From Mayamaea pseudoterrestris (lineage: Eukaryota), in contig BROI01000002.1 in assembly GCA_027923505.1 (NCBI GenBank), positions 1,364,001-1,428,000 on the forward strand: a DNA stretch of 64,000 nucleotides. Reading direction: 5' to 3'. Below the pieces are notes generated by a model. The model did not search any database. It was not told the origin of the DNA and saw nothing but the letters and a program-made list of their open reading frames with translations. Made by a program: the position numbers and the translations under genes. Of this stretch, positions 1 to 10,644 are shown piece by piece (within the stretch, counting starts at the first letter, position 1; each line of letters opens with the position of its first letter).

Positions 1-587
1 CGACTGGTGAGTAAAGATTGTGTGCTGCGAAAGTGACTGTGGATTTGTAGAGGACTCACGTGCGTGCTTGCCATTTTTGTCGCAGGATCAAAGCACCTCG
101 ATATGCTTGGCGAGCAGAATCGGAAGAACAGAGCAAAGTGTCCGGCTACATGAAAGAGAACAAGAATTTGCTTTTTCTTAAGCTGTTGAACTCGGGTCAT
201 ATGGTGCCTCTGGATATTCCGCGACAATCGCTTGAAATGATGTACAATTTCATGTACGACAAGAGCTTTGACCAGAGTCCACAGAGTATCAACCCGCAAG
301 CGAAGCAAGACAGCTGCCCTATATGTCCAAGGGCGACTTGCGATGATGCAAAGAATAATGGACATTCGATACCGGCGACTGCAACAACGACGAGTGCCGT
401 CATCCAGTCTGCCTATATTCCTTGGGCCGTTGCTGCCATTGCTGTTCTGTCGCTTATTGCAGTGGCGCTAACAAGGAGAAAGCAGCCGCGAATACACCAA
501 GAGCTTATCTCTGACTACGACCTTGAGCTAAGAGAAGGCAGTTACAGTGACCAGCAAGAGTTTAAGGTTGCCCGGGAAATTTCATAA
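1..587 (+). CDS. Serine carboxypeptidase (S10/Kex1-like), 3' part, with C-terminal TM anchor; intron 7..85; 5' truncated by window
   Basis: 'VSGYMKE...LLFLKLLNSGHMVPLDIP' is the S10 catalytic-His motif; hydrophobic 'IPWAVAAIAVLSLIAVAL'; GTGAGT...CAG intron restores W-I-K-A-P-R. Confidence 0.85.
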
Positions 588-630
588 TTTTATATTATAT
601 TTGCAGTTATACATTGCGTGGCTCGCGAAG

Positions 631-1965
631 CTAAAATATACAAAGTTCTGGGTCAAGGTCGTCATCTTCAGAGCTGCTCGTATCGCTCGAAGTGGCTGTG
701 CCTGCAGTGACATTCGCCCCGTTGCAGCCGTCAATCTCCGCCAACTGGGCCTCCTTGGCCGCCCGTGCAAGTCTGTGAAACATTCGTCTACGTTCGCGAC
801 GTTGCTGCCACTTTTGTGTGTCCATCTTGGCGGCCCCGATGCAAGCGCCAAGCCAGCATAACGACGCTCCAATGCAATAGTAGCACCCACGGCCAATCCA
901 GCACTGGTGTGCGTCGCAAACGTTTGAATCAAACGCCAGCATTGTAAAGGATTGCAAAAAGTAAGTCATCAACAGTCCAAAGCCAATCGGTTTCATCCGA
1001 ATGCTTTCCCAAACCACTGCCGTCGTTAAGAATATAGTAAAGAATGCTCCACAGACGGCACTGCTTGCGATGCACAGGCGGGCAAGCGTCATCATGATAT
1101 CGTCTGCAGTGCTGGCGCTGATTGGAATCGTTTGGCAGCCGTACAAATGCTCGTCGTATGTTTCATTGTAGCAAAGCTGCATTCGCAAAAGCCCAACCTG
1201 ATCGACCGGATTGTACATTGCTGATATATACAAGGGATCACGCAGCACCAAAAAGTCCGTGCCTCGTCGTGCCAAGACGGCCAAGGCACACCCCGCCCAG
1301 GCTAGTGCCACTGTCAGAAGAGTTGTCACTACACCATGCCCCCAGCAGTGTATGCATTTGGAGTAATGTTCCAGCGAGTCGTTGTGGCGCTTCTTTTTCT
1401 TCATCTTGGGTCGAATGGGCGACGCGCAACGACAAGGTGTTGGGCTATCAAAACTGGAATGAACCGTCAGCTCGTCCGCACCAAGCGTTTCGTCGGACGC
1501 ATCATATACAAGCTCCAAATCCATCTCCTCGTCAAGCGCTTCCGGTTCATATACAATTCTTCGGTCTCGAGTAATGTGCTGTTCATTCGTCTGATTTCGC
1601 AACGATGTTGAAGGTTCTTGTTGCTGCTGTGAGAAAACCACCTCCACGTCGTCACGACTCTGGCACCTCGAGGTTGAACATGGAAAATCTTGCAACCGAT
1701 TATCATTATGTTCCGACACATGATCGACTCCGTGCAAGGCATCCTCCGAAAACCAATCCTCGTCACTAAAGAGTCTGCCACGATGATTGTTGTCATTGTC
1801 TTCCTCCTCGTCACTACTACTGGCAAACTCGACGCCGGAAAAGAGCGACGACGAGCAGGAGGATTGCGAGCGCTGCTCGGCGGGGCCTTGCATGGTGCAA
1901 GATTCATTGTCGTCATTGTCACTGTCGGATCGTCCCCAATCCATAAAGGCACGAAAACTGTTCAT
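631..1965 (-). CDS. Uncharacterised membrane protein: acidic disordered N-half, claudin-like four-TM Cys-rich C-half
   Basis: 444-aa ATG ORF; four hydrophobic segments with Cys-containing loops. Confidence 0.65.
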   Translation of the reverse strand: MNSFRAFMDWGRSDSDNDDNESCTMQGPAEQRSQSSCSSSLFSGVEFASSSDEEEDNDNNHRGRLFSDEDWFSEDALHGVDHVSEHNDNRLQDFPCSTSRCQSRDDVEVVFSQQQQEPSTSLRNQTNEQHITRDRRIVYEPEALDEEMDLELVYDASDETLGADELTVHSSFDSPTPCRCASPIRPKMKKKKRHNDSLEHYSKCIHCWGHGVVTTLLTVALAWAGCALAVLARRGTDFLVLRDPLYISAMYNPVDQVGLLRMQLCYNETYDEHLYGCQTIPISASTADDIMMTLARLCIASSAVCGAFFTIFLTTAVVWESIRMKPIGFGLLMTYFLQSFTMLAFDSNVCDAHQCWIGRGCYYCIGASLCWLGACIGAAKMDTQKWQQRRERRRMFHRLARAAKEAQLAEIDGCNGANVTAGTATSSDTSSSEDDDLDPELCIF

Positions 1966-2645
1966 GGTATGTTTACAAAGATGAGTGCGGTCGGGACCTC
2001 AGCTGATGGAGCGCTCCACTATATATCTACAAGGCGCGTTTCTCGGTTTAAATTTTGCGTGGGAGTTTGTGTTTGAATCTTGTTGTTTCCACGCTGCGAA
2101 CAAATCCGATGGCGAAGGATCCACGAAAAACCTGAATGGCATCACGCTCATTGACAGATTTAAACGCTTCGCGGAGACGGCTGGCGGAACGTTTCCGCAG
2201 CGTCCGTTGCCTGGTGCACCTCTGTTGTTGGTGCCATCGATCATGCCATGGTTGCGGTGACTGAAAAAGTGAGGCGCTCGATGGTTCTGTCATGGTGACG
2301 TTGAGTGATGGGTAGTTAGATGAAAGATTGCCGCCCGGCGCGAGATGACTCGACTGACGCGCTAAGGTCACACTCGCGTCGCAGAGGTTTCAGTTTTTTG
2401 CAATCGCATGACGACGAGCATCATCTTTTTGCAATGGAATTGCAACGAACGCAATAGCCATCATAAACATTAACAAAGGCTGAACTACCGTAGCATACGT
2501 CGGCTTATTGCAGAGTTAATTCGAGATTGGCCGCTAGATTCGCTATTCATCACGGTTAACGACGACGGCTACTGCAAGCTGCACATCCATTTGCATCCGC
2601 CTCTCGTCATTTTGGCAAGCCACAAAGCCTAATACTTTCACTCAC

Positions 2646-3851
2646 ATGACATCACCATTCATACTTGCCATGCACGAAGACTATCAAATTGACCAGCAGG
2701 AATCAGACGCAACTTTCGTCAACGATGAATACGACCGCGACTTGTCGCAGCGCATTCACCGCAACGCGCACGACTACTACGGCAACTACAGCATCACCAC
2801 GTCCGTGACGATTCGCGTCACGCCGCAGCAGGACCATTTATATAGCTGGGCAATACTGTGGGGACTGTTTTTGGTGGCGACCATGGTGGCGGCAGTGCAG
2901 TCGCATCAGGAATATAGAGTCATGGAGAATCGCAAGCGCGTGGAGGATGTGGAACATACGCCGGGAGCGGATGGGGAAGGAGTCAGTACGGCGGATGCCA
3001 CGCGGGGAATGGTGCGTGTGAATGAAAAAGAGTCTAGAGTCTGCCGAGTTTGTTCGCATTGCTTATTCTCGATCGCTTCCATCACGTGTTTCAATTACTA
3101 GTTTCGTCGCTTGCTGCTCCTCGCCATGCTGTCTCGTGTCATTGTCATGCCGATTCAAATATGGAGCGATCCCATTTCGTGGCAGTTCATTGGCGATACA
3201 CTGCCGGAAATGATTTTTGCGTCCGCCTGGACCATGCTGGTCAGTTTCTTTGTCCAATTGGTGGGACTGGCGACTGGCACTGGCACCAACACGAGTCCCG
3301 GTATTGTCATTCAATGCACCGCCTACATTGTTTACTCGATACTAATACTGCTGCAGGAGTGGAACAATGTGGCAACCTTGTTGCTGTATTCGCTCATGTG
3401 TTGCATTTATTCGGCGCTCTTTGGCATTTGCGTCTACTTTTTGCCAAGACTAGTGACCATGCTGCATTCCAGTTTGCATGGCACGTTGGCAATTCGATTG
3501 GGACTGTGTACGATTGTCTGCATTAGCTTGTTCTTGGCGCACACCATTGGCTACGCGCAGCTGGTGGTGGATCCACCGCCCAATGTGTACTGGTGGTGGC
3601 AGTATGGCGTGTTGGAGCTGTTGCCGAGCGTCGTGTTTCTTGGCATGATGAACACCATTTCCAACAAGTCGCGGCGGCCCGATACGAATGGAGACGTTGA
3701 CGAAGAGGTGGTGGCGCCGCTACGGATTGGTTTGAAGCGAAGCGAATCGACCAATTCAACGGCGAGCGGCGGCGGACGAAGGATACATGAGTCGACTGGT
3801 TTGCTCAAGACAACTGTCGCGTATGGATCGACATCAGATATGGCAGGCTAG
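2646..3851 (+). CDS. Multi-pass membrane protein, THH1/TOM1/TOM3 (DUF1084)-like; intron 3012..3101
   Basis: Two ORFs joined by a GTGCGT...TAG intron (..RGM|FRRLLL..); 'LPEMIFASAWTMLVSF' and 'LELLPS' resemble TOM1-family helices. Confidence 0.7.
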
Positions 3852-4203
3852 GGCTGCGTATGTGCTTGTTTAGCCTTGCGACGAGGTTGCTTGTTCAATG
3901 TGTGCGTGGATGAGCGTTTTGACGACCCGTCGCTCGGCGCCGCGTTAATGTTTCATATAGGTATGTCTGCATTTTAAGAACCTTTAATAAATATATACAA
4001 TGTTAACAGTATATGAATTTAACAAGCTTAAAAGCTGCGCCCGTCTACCGTAGTGGTGATGACATTCATTCGTTCGACGCATCGATGGGGCACCAAAAAC
4101 CATAGTTTGTAAGCAATATACCTTCGCCAAGGCTGGATTCAGCCGCCGTACTTTCAACGCTGTCAATGCAGGCACGGCAAATCATGCTGCCCGACACCAA
4201 CCG

Positions 4204-4938
4204 CTACTTCCATCGACCGATGCGTTGCCACCAATCCAACTGACCGTCCAAGTGTTTCTGCTGCTGCTGCTCCAAAATCGGCAACGGACCTTTAACATTT
4301 GGCTCGCCACGACTCGCACGGTTACTCGTCATGCTGGAGATAACGTCACTTTCGTTCAATGGTCCTGGAATGGGAAACGTTTCGGAGACAATCGAATGAT
4401 TGTTCACCACAAAGCCGGCGGCTTGGCGATGCACCATTAACTCCCATCGAGCCGTCAAGGCTTGTTTGCGCGCAGTATTATAGGCCTGAATGCAGTTTCG
4501 AAGTTCGGTCAAGGTTTCAGTACTAACACTGTCACGTTCGTCATTCACCTGTTCCACTAGTTGGTGGTACTTTTGCAGTTGCTCCTCCAAAACTCGTATC
4601 GCACTGACCACTTTGCGCCCCTGCTTGCCCAGCGCCCCTCCAATGGCGGACTGCAGCTCGTGCGCCAGCGACTGCAGGTGCATGGTTGGCGAGTCGTGCA
4701 CGGCGGACCGAATCTCCTGAATGTAGGCGTTATGACGCTGCTCGCGGGGATTCTTGCAGCGATGGGCGACTCGCTCCCATGTTGGTAATGCTAATGATGG
4801 AGTTGATGGCTTGAAACTTGATGCAGATTGGTGATTACTCGTCGTAGCCGAGCTACTTGATGCAGCAAAACATCGGCTACCAATGCAAGTATTGACGAGA
4901 CATCGTCGTTTAGTTAATTGAACAATTAGAGGAATCAT
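4204..4938 (-). CDS. Uncharacterised coiled-coil protein, possible mitochondrial presequence
   Basis: ATG at 4938 (MIPLIVQLTKRR); 'RWELMVHRQAAGF' segment looks conserved. Confidence 0.6.
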   Translation of the reverse strand: MIPLIVQLTKRRCLVNTCIGSRCFAASSSSATTSNHQSASSFKPSTPSLALPTWERVAHRCKNPREQRHNAYIQEIRSAVHDSPTMHLQSLAHELQSAIGGALGKQGRKVVSAIRVLEEQLQKYHQLVEQVNDERDSVSTETLTELRNCIQAYNTARKQALTARWELMVHRQAAGFVVNNHSIVSETFPIPGPLNESDVISSMTSNRASRGEPNVKGPLPILEQQQQKHLDGQLDWWQRIGRWK

Positions 4939-5272
4939 GTTTGTGTTTCTGCAGAGCAGTATTTTCAAAGAACAAGAAAGTTGCCGACGGCGGATCTTCG
5001 ACGAATGAGGCTTGAGCGCGCCATCAGCGCGGCGGCAACTCCTACCGGTATCCCTAACCTCAAGTGACGTCGTGCTTGGATTCTGACTGGCTGCGAGTGA
5101 GTCAGACCAAACGGTTGGTCGCGAGACCATCGTCGAGCGCAAAGCAAAGATGCGAGCGAGCTGATCGACTGTTTGCTTGTGAGACGCCTACAGTAGTCTT
5201 TGCGTTGGAGAAACAAGGCCTATCATTAGAGACTTGATAGAAGAGACAAGGAGACATATAGATTGACTTGCA

Positions 5273-6511
5273 ATGAGTGAGACGTTACATCGAAGCGACG
5301 CCAGTCGCGAACGCACCAATGACACGACGGATGTAAACAGCAGCAAAATAATGGCAGCAACTTTGAACAATACTTTTCCGGCAGCCGATGCATCAGCGAC
5401 GCAAGCAGCAAAGCGTCAGACAAACTTGAATGTAGCGACTGGAGACGGCAGCCAGGAATCACAGGCAGCAGCGTCTTCTGATGCAAATATCGAAGGCAAT
5501 TTATTGAACAATGAGAGTCATGAACAGCAGGAAACGCAGCTTACGTCTAATAAGAAACGCAAAGGAAGAACAGCACCAGTCACTATAAATAATGTTACAG
5601 AATCGGTCTTGGAGCGCCGCTTAAAGTCCATGGAGAAGACTTTGAATACAACCAATGGAATTGCACAAAAGGCGCTCAAGGAAGCGCAGGAATCGCGATT
5701 GGACGTTGGACGCGCCCTTTACAATCAATCGCAGCTAACCAAGACGCAAACGCTACTCTTGTCCAACCAGCGACAAATCATGGTGAATCAGCAACACATC
5801 ATGGCGGCGCTGTCTGCTAATGGACAGTTGGCAGCTGCGGCTCCATCGCAGGTAATCAATGCTGTTTCCACCAATCAACTTGATTTAGCAGCTGCCGGCG
5901 CTGCAAACATGCCCGAACTTTCATTGAACCAAATGACGCATCATGCACCTACCTATGCAGGTATAATGCAGAGTCCAGAAACTCCAGCGCGTAACGTAGC
6001 CGCTGCCAATCCAACATCCGCGTCGCCAACTCCTGCATCGGGAAGGAAACGAAAAGCAAATACACCATCAAAAAGTCATACCGCCGGTCTACCTCCCGAC
6101 TTGCTGGGCCACGTGCCGCTCCGCGCCACCTACGACACCATTTACCAAGTCTTCGAGGACTGGTACGGCTTGGGTGACGCTGCAACCAATCCGTTTGTGC
6201 ATCACGGCGGCATGCTCGGCCTCGAAAAGACGCACGGCAGCAGCTGGCGGTCGGCCTACGTGACGGCCGAGCAAAAGAAGTTTTCGCGCGTCAAGACAGT
6301 CATGCATTTTATTGAATTGTGCATGAATCATAACATGAAACTGGCGAATGATAGTGTCAGTAAAAGTACGATTCAGACGGAGCTGCTGCTCGAGTTGGAA
6401 CCTCACTACAAGGCGCTGGCAACCATGGCACGGTTTGCGAAAAAGTGGCAAGCGGAGCAAAAGGACTTGCCGGTGGTTGCGTCCGTGCGAGCTAATTTGG
6501 AGACGCGATGA
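5273..6511 (+). CDS. Coiled-coil protein with C-terminal GCR1_C-like (Gcr1/Msn1/Hot1/Ndc10-type) DNA-binding domain
   Basis: 'TIYQVFEDWYG..GGMLGLEKTHGSSWR..EQKKFSRVKTVMHFI' fits the GCR1_C pattern; NLS-like KKRK and RKRK. Confidence 0.7.
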   Translation: MSETLHRSDASRERTNDTTDVNSSKIMAATLNNTFPAADASATQAAKRQTNLNVATGDGSQESQAAASSDANIEGNLLNNESHEQQETQLTSNKKRKGRTAPVTINNVTESVLERRLKSMEKTLNTTNGIAQKALKEAQESRLDVGRALYNQSQLTKTQTLLLSNQRQIMVNQQHIMAALSANGQLAAAAPSQVINAVSTNQLDLAAAGAANMPELSLNQMTHHAPTYAGIMQSPETPARNVAAANPTSASPTPASGRKRKANTPSKSHTAGLPPDLLGHVPLRATYDTIYQVFEDWYGLGDAATNPFVHHGGMLGLEKTHGSSWRSAYVTAEQKKFSRVKTVMHFIELCMNHNMKLANDSVSKSTIQTELLLELEPHYKALATMARFAKKWQAEQKDLPVVASVRANLETR

Positions 6512-6908
6512 AAAAGAGTTGGGTGAAGTAAATCGGCCGTGTGATCTGGTCGCATATCCTGTCGTCCATTTTTATAATTCGGCACGTCAAGCTTCCATTA
6601 TGAAGTCAATGAAGCGGACCCATTTATGATTTGTGAGAAGCAGCAAGCCGACCGTTTGTACGGTGGGACGCAGGATGTCCAATTGGTGTGCGAGGCATGC
6701 TATATCTCTATTTGCAAAGACATACAGCACTGCCTACTTGTATTGCGCAAGGCTGCCAGTTGACTAAACTACTATTTTATAAGACGCGCATGCACATTGT
6801 AATCGAATACGTTAAAATAAAACTTATTTTAGTTGAGACAGAGACAGTTACAACATCAACCACAGTGGATCATGTCCATCTCTCAGTCTATCAATTTGAT
6901 GTCCGAAG

Positions 6909-7373
6909 CTACTTGAAACAATTGGGAGATATGGTGGGAATTTTGCTGGGATTGAATGATGGCATCTTGCTTGGAACTCCTGAAGGCTGCGACGACGGCT
7001 TGCGGCTTGGTGCGATAACGGGCGGAGCCACTGGAGCCTTGGTGACGGGCGGAGCCACGGGAGCCTTGGTGACTGGCGGCTTGACTGGAGCAGCCGTCGC
7101 TGCCCGGTCACATGGAAAGACTCTCGTGCCTTCCTTGCGATAGAACTTCTTTCTGAGAACCTTGCACCTTTCGTTGCCCTTCGTGCGAGCAGGACAAATC
7201 TTGGTGATGCAGTACTCGACACAGATGGCCAAGGCACGACCTTTATAAGCCGAGCAGATTGTAGGTGTTCCCATACTTTTGCTTTTGCTTTTGCTGCCTT
7301 GGGCGAGAAGTTCTCCATCCTGAGCAATGGCCATGACCAGCATGGCCGCGAAGATTGTCGCAATCATCATCAT
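6909..7373 (-). CDS. Small secreted protein: signal peptide, KSKSKS, Cys-rich domain, Pro-rich PVTKAPVAP/PS repeats (cell-surface-like)
   Basis: MMMIATIFAAMLVMAIA signal peptide; six Cys; tandem PPVTKAPVA; PSxxPS tail. Confidence 0.7.
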   Translation of the reverse strand: MMMIATIFAAMLVMAIAQDGELLAQGSKSKSKSMGTPTICSAYKGRALAICVEYCITKICPARTKGNERCKVLRKKFYRKEGTRVFPCDRAATAAPVKPPVTKAPVAPPVTKAPVAPPVIAPSRKPSSQPSGVPSKMPSFNPSKIPTISPNCFK

Positions 7374-8449
7374 TGTTTCGCGGCGGTGCTGGATAGGGTA
7401 AAATGTGAGCGCATTGACGGATTCGTCCCTCGTCGCGCAGATTACGCACGATCGTTTGGTGTCAAGTGCTTGATTATTTGTCTCTAGTTTTAGAAGATTA
7501 CGCACGATTGTTAGCTGTCAAGCGTCCGACTGTTATGTATGTGTCCGATTGTCCTTGGTTTAATTGGCTTTTTTTCGATGCTACGATTGTTCCTCGCTTG
7601 CGTGAGTCTGGTATATATTCCACAGAGAGGATGTACGCACGATCGCATGTACCAAGTGACCGGGGAGCATCTAAAACATGCCCATGAGTCTCATTCATTG
7701 GACGCTTTCGTTGTCCTTTGGGCAAGGATTGATACTGTGATAAAAAATACGCACGATCAAACTGTCTGACTTGTAATCTGAAACGAATGTGCATCCGACT
7801 TTGACGACTCTCATTGGTGCAAAATGTGATAATGTCAGATCTGGCGTCAAAGACATTAATGACGCTTGGCACCCCCTTCTTTACTCCGATGCGAACCGGC
7901 GCGACGCAATTGCCCAAGTCATTTGCACGCCAGATCTACCGCTCCCTTTGAAACCGACGGTACACACCGGTACATGCTTGTACTCCTATCATATAACATG
8001 TACGAGTTGCACAGTTTAACTGTATTCTGGTACGCGTATTTATTATGATAAGTAATGGTACACGTCGTCGAGTTTGGATACGTGATCGGCTCACTGTTAA
8101 TTGGATATTGCGGGTAGCGTTAATCCGAAGCCATCCCTCAATCGTGTCCGGCAATCTAAGCCTCATGTCATAAGTTGAGAATGACCTTTACTGCGTTCGA
8201 AGGAAGGTCACAGGCTTAAGAATTAAATTTCGCCGCATGTCTGAAAGTCATCTTTAAACGTCACTCGAACAATTGCGGAGTAATTTGTACGGAGCATTTG
8301 CTATAAAAAGACAGTCAGTGATCAGCTGTTTTCCCGGCGATACTAAAAATGTCCGCGCGTCATCTGCATTGGACAATTGCCGACGATTAGAATTTCGCCT
8401 CACAATCTCACAAACGCAACTTAACCAACTTTCGCTCACCTCACTCAAG

Positions 8450-8899
8450 ATGGCTCCACGAACACAAAGCATCCTCAAGCGCAAAGGGTCTCCTAGATCC
8501 TATTACGGTGACGTCTCTTTCGGCGATGTGACAGTCTACGTGTTCCAAAGCATTCTCGGAGACAATCCATCCTGCAGTGATGGCTGCCCAATTGCACTCG
8601 GCTCCGAACTGAAACTCCAAAGCACAATTACAGTCAAACAGCACGAGCAGGTCAAGAAAACGCGCCCACGCCACACAAAGAGAGTCAATAGACTCAATGC
8701 TGCTGCTCGCGATACCTATTTGCTGAATGAAGGATACACCTTGGCCGAGATCGACGCTACTGCTGACGCCATCAAGCTTATTCAAAAGCAACGGACAGAT
8801 ACCAATGAATCTACAAAGACGACAAGTTGGAGCATCTTTCGCAGGGCAGTCGATGGAACCTTCAAAGCTCAACGAAAACTTGCAGGTATTGCGGCATAA
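8450..8899 (+). CDS. Uncharacterised protein of a common diatom family with a 'VSF..V....LGDNPSCS.G.PI.LG' motif
   Basis: Motif VSFGDVTVYVFQSILGDNPSCSDGCPIALG; ATG at 8450. Confidence 0.7.
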   Translation: MAPRTQSILKRKGSPRSYYGDVSFGDVTVYVFQSILGDNPSCSDGCPIALGSELKLQSTITVKQHEQVKKTRPRHTKRVNRLNAAARDTYLLNEGYTLAEIDATADAIKLIQKQRTDTNESTKTTSWSIFRRAVDGTFKAQRKLAGIAA

Positions 8900-9457
8900 C
8901 TTTTTGCTTCCGACACTACTTGTACATCATTAGCAATTTATATTACATTTTAGCAAATTCTTTATGCTTATTTCAATATACTATATACTATATAAAAAGC
9001 AATCGACAAACTGTAGATGGCAATGCTCGCATGCCATGCCATTGGCATCCTTGGAGTTTGCGTCACTGTGTCACCGACCAAATATCCAATGTGCAGCAAT
9101 CAGCTAACATGATAATCCAAGCGTACAGCATATTGTCATGTATGGCACTGACATTACACATAGATATCGGCCTATTAGGATCCGGCAGAGGCTGCATGGA
9201 AAGCATTTCCTTGTAACGTTCCATAAAAGGCAAGGCAACAATCAAGCGCCATCGTTTACTGAATTTGTTCGCTTGAGACGTACTCGCCTAACAGTAACAA
9301 GCACGATCGCTTTCCACGTGCCCCCTACTTGATGAAGTACCAATCTATGCATCGCAACTGTGACCTAACTCGTAAAGTGGTAAGTTGACTATCATTTACT
9401 GGCACGTCTCCAGTCGCCTGCACACGTCATTGCTGCATTTTATACGAAAAGATCATC

Positions 9458-10398
9458 TTACTTTGCCGTTGGTGGCACCAAATCAACATCGTCCGCTTCA
9501 TCATAAAAGTAATCTGCCGGCAACGGAATAACATAGCGACTCGGCACGCGCCGGTGCGGAGTCCTTCCTTGGGCATCCTCATCATCCTCAAACTTGACAA
9601 TAATTTCCTTCACAATTGGTCCACTCTTGTCCAACTTCCAAATGGGATTCTTGCTCACCTTGGCACGGTAGAAAGAAGTTGTTTCCGGAAATATGGCCAT
9701 GCAGTCAGTGCTGCGATGAAAGCGTCCTTCCGTTCCGGTTGATAGACGCATCACATGACTCCACGGCAAGCGAATCAACTTGCTGGTATCATCCTCATCC
9801 TGAACGTCATAAGTGTCTGTGTCAGCATAGTAGCGCTGAACAACTGCTAGAATCCAGGACCCATTCTCATCCGTTCGCGTCACCTTGGCCGCCACTTGTT
9901 CACCAGGTCGAGCCGCCCACTTGGTGCGGCGGCGCTTGCGAACCGAGACGGGTGGTCCACGGCCATCAAAGTAGGCAGTCCGAAAGGTATAGTCAGTTGG
10001 AGCGGTAGGGCCCTTTTCAAGACGCTCCAAAAAGCCGCCGATGCATTCCTCCTCATCCACGTCGGCTGCTTCAAAGTGGCGAGCGACGGCGACGGCGAGT
10101 TCGTGGAGGGGAGCGTCGGAACGAACAGGAACTCCTGAATGAGAAAGAGAGTAATTAGATCGAATTTATTTCTGCCTAAACCAAATGCGACAAAGACTAA
10201 TTCATACGTTCAGTTCGTTCGAACATACGCACCATGATGATCAATATACGAAAGCAAGCTCAAGCCACCAAGCTTGCGAAAATCCAGGCAGACGCCGCGA
10301 GGATAGGCGCGCGACTGTTGCTTGTAGGTTCCCCGCCGCTGCGCCTTGGCAGCAGGTGGACCAGCAGTCGCCGAAGGGCTTCCAGCGGTTGGTGCCAT
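9458..10398 (-). CDS. SAP30 Sin3-binding-like domain fused to SGF29-type tandem Tudor; intron 10135..10232
   Basis: 'GEQVAAKV..WILAVV..YDVQDED..AIFPETTSFYRAKV..VKFEDDE' is an SGF29 Tudor; a phase-1 GTGCGT...CAG intron joins exons 10233-10398 and 9458-10134 in frame. Confidence 0.85.
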
Positions 10399-10644
10399 GG
10401 TGGGAAGCGATTGTTGTGACGCTGTGAGCGGATGATGCTGATTTGCGAGTCCGGGTTATTCGAACCGTTCCATCTAGCTACTCAAGTCATGCCAACTAAA
10501 GCAGGAAGCAGGGACCAGTGTTGCGCACGGGAGGGCAAATATATTCTAGCTGTAGATGTTTAAAGCAATCAAAGCAAGACGCATTTGTGATGCGCAAGAT
10601 AGAGATCTCATACAGTTTATGAAGCGACTAAACAAGTCAAATTT

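Noticed and set aside
8237..8255. ATGTCTGAAAGTCATCTTT resembling the TIR element's 30-mer
   Set aside because: Single short imperfect match with no TIRs nearby; may be chance
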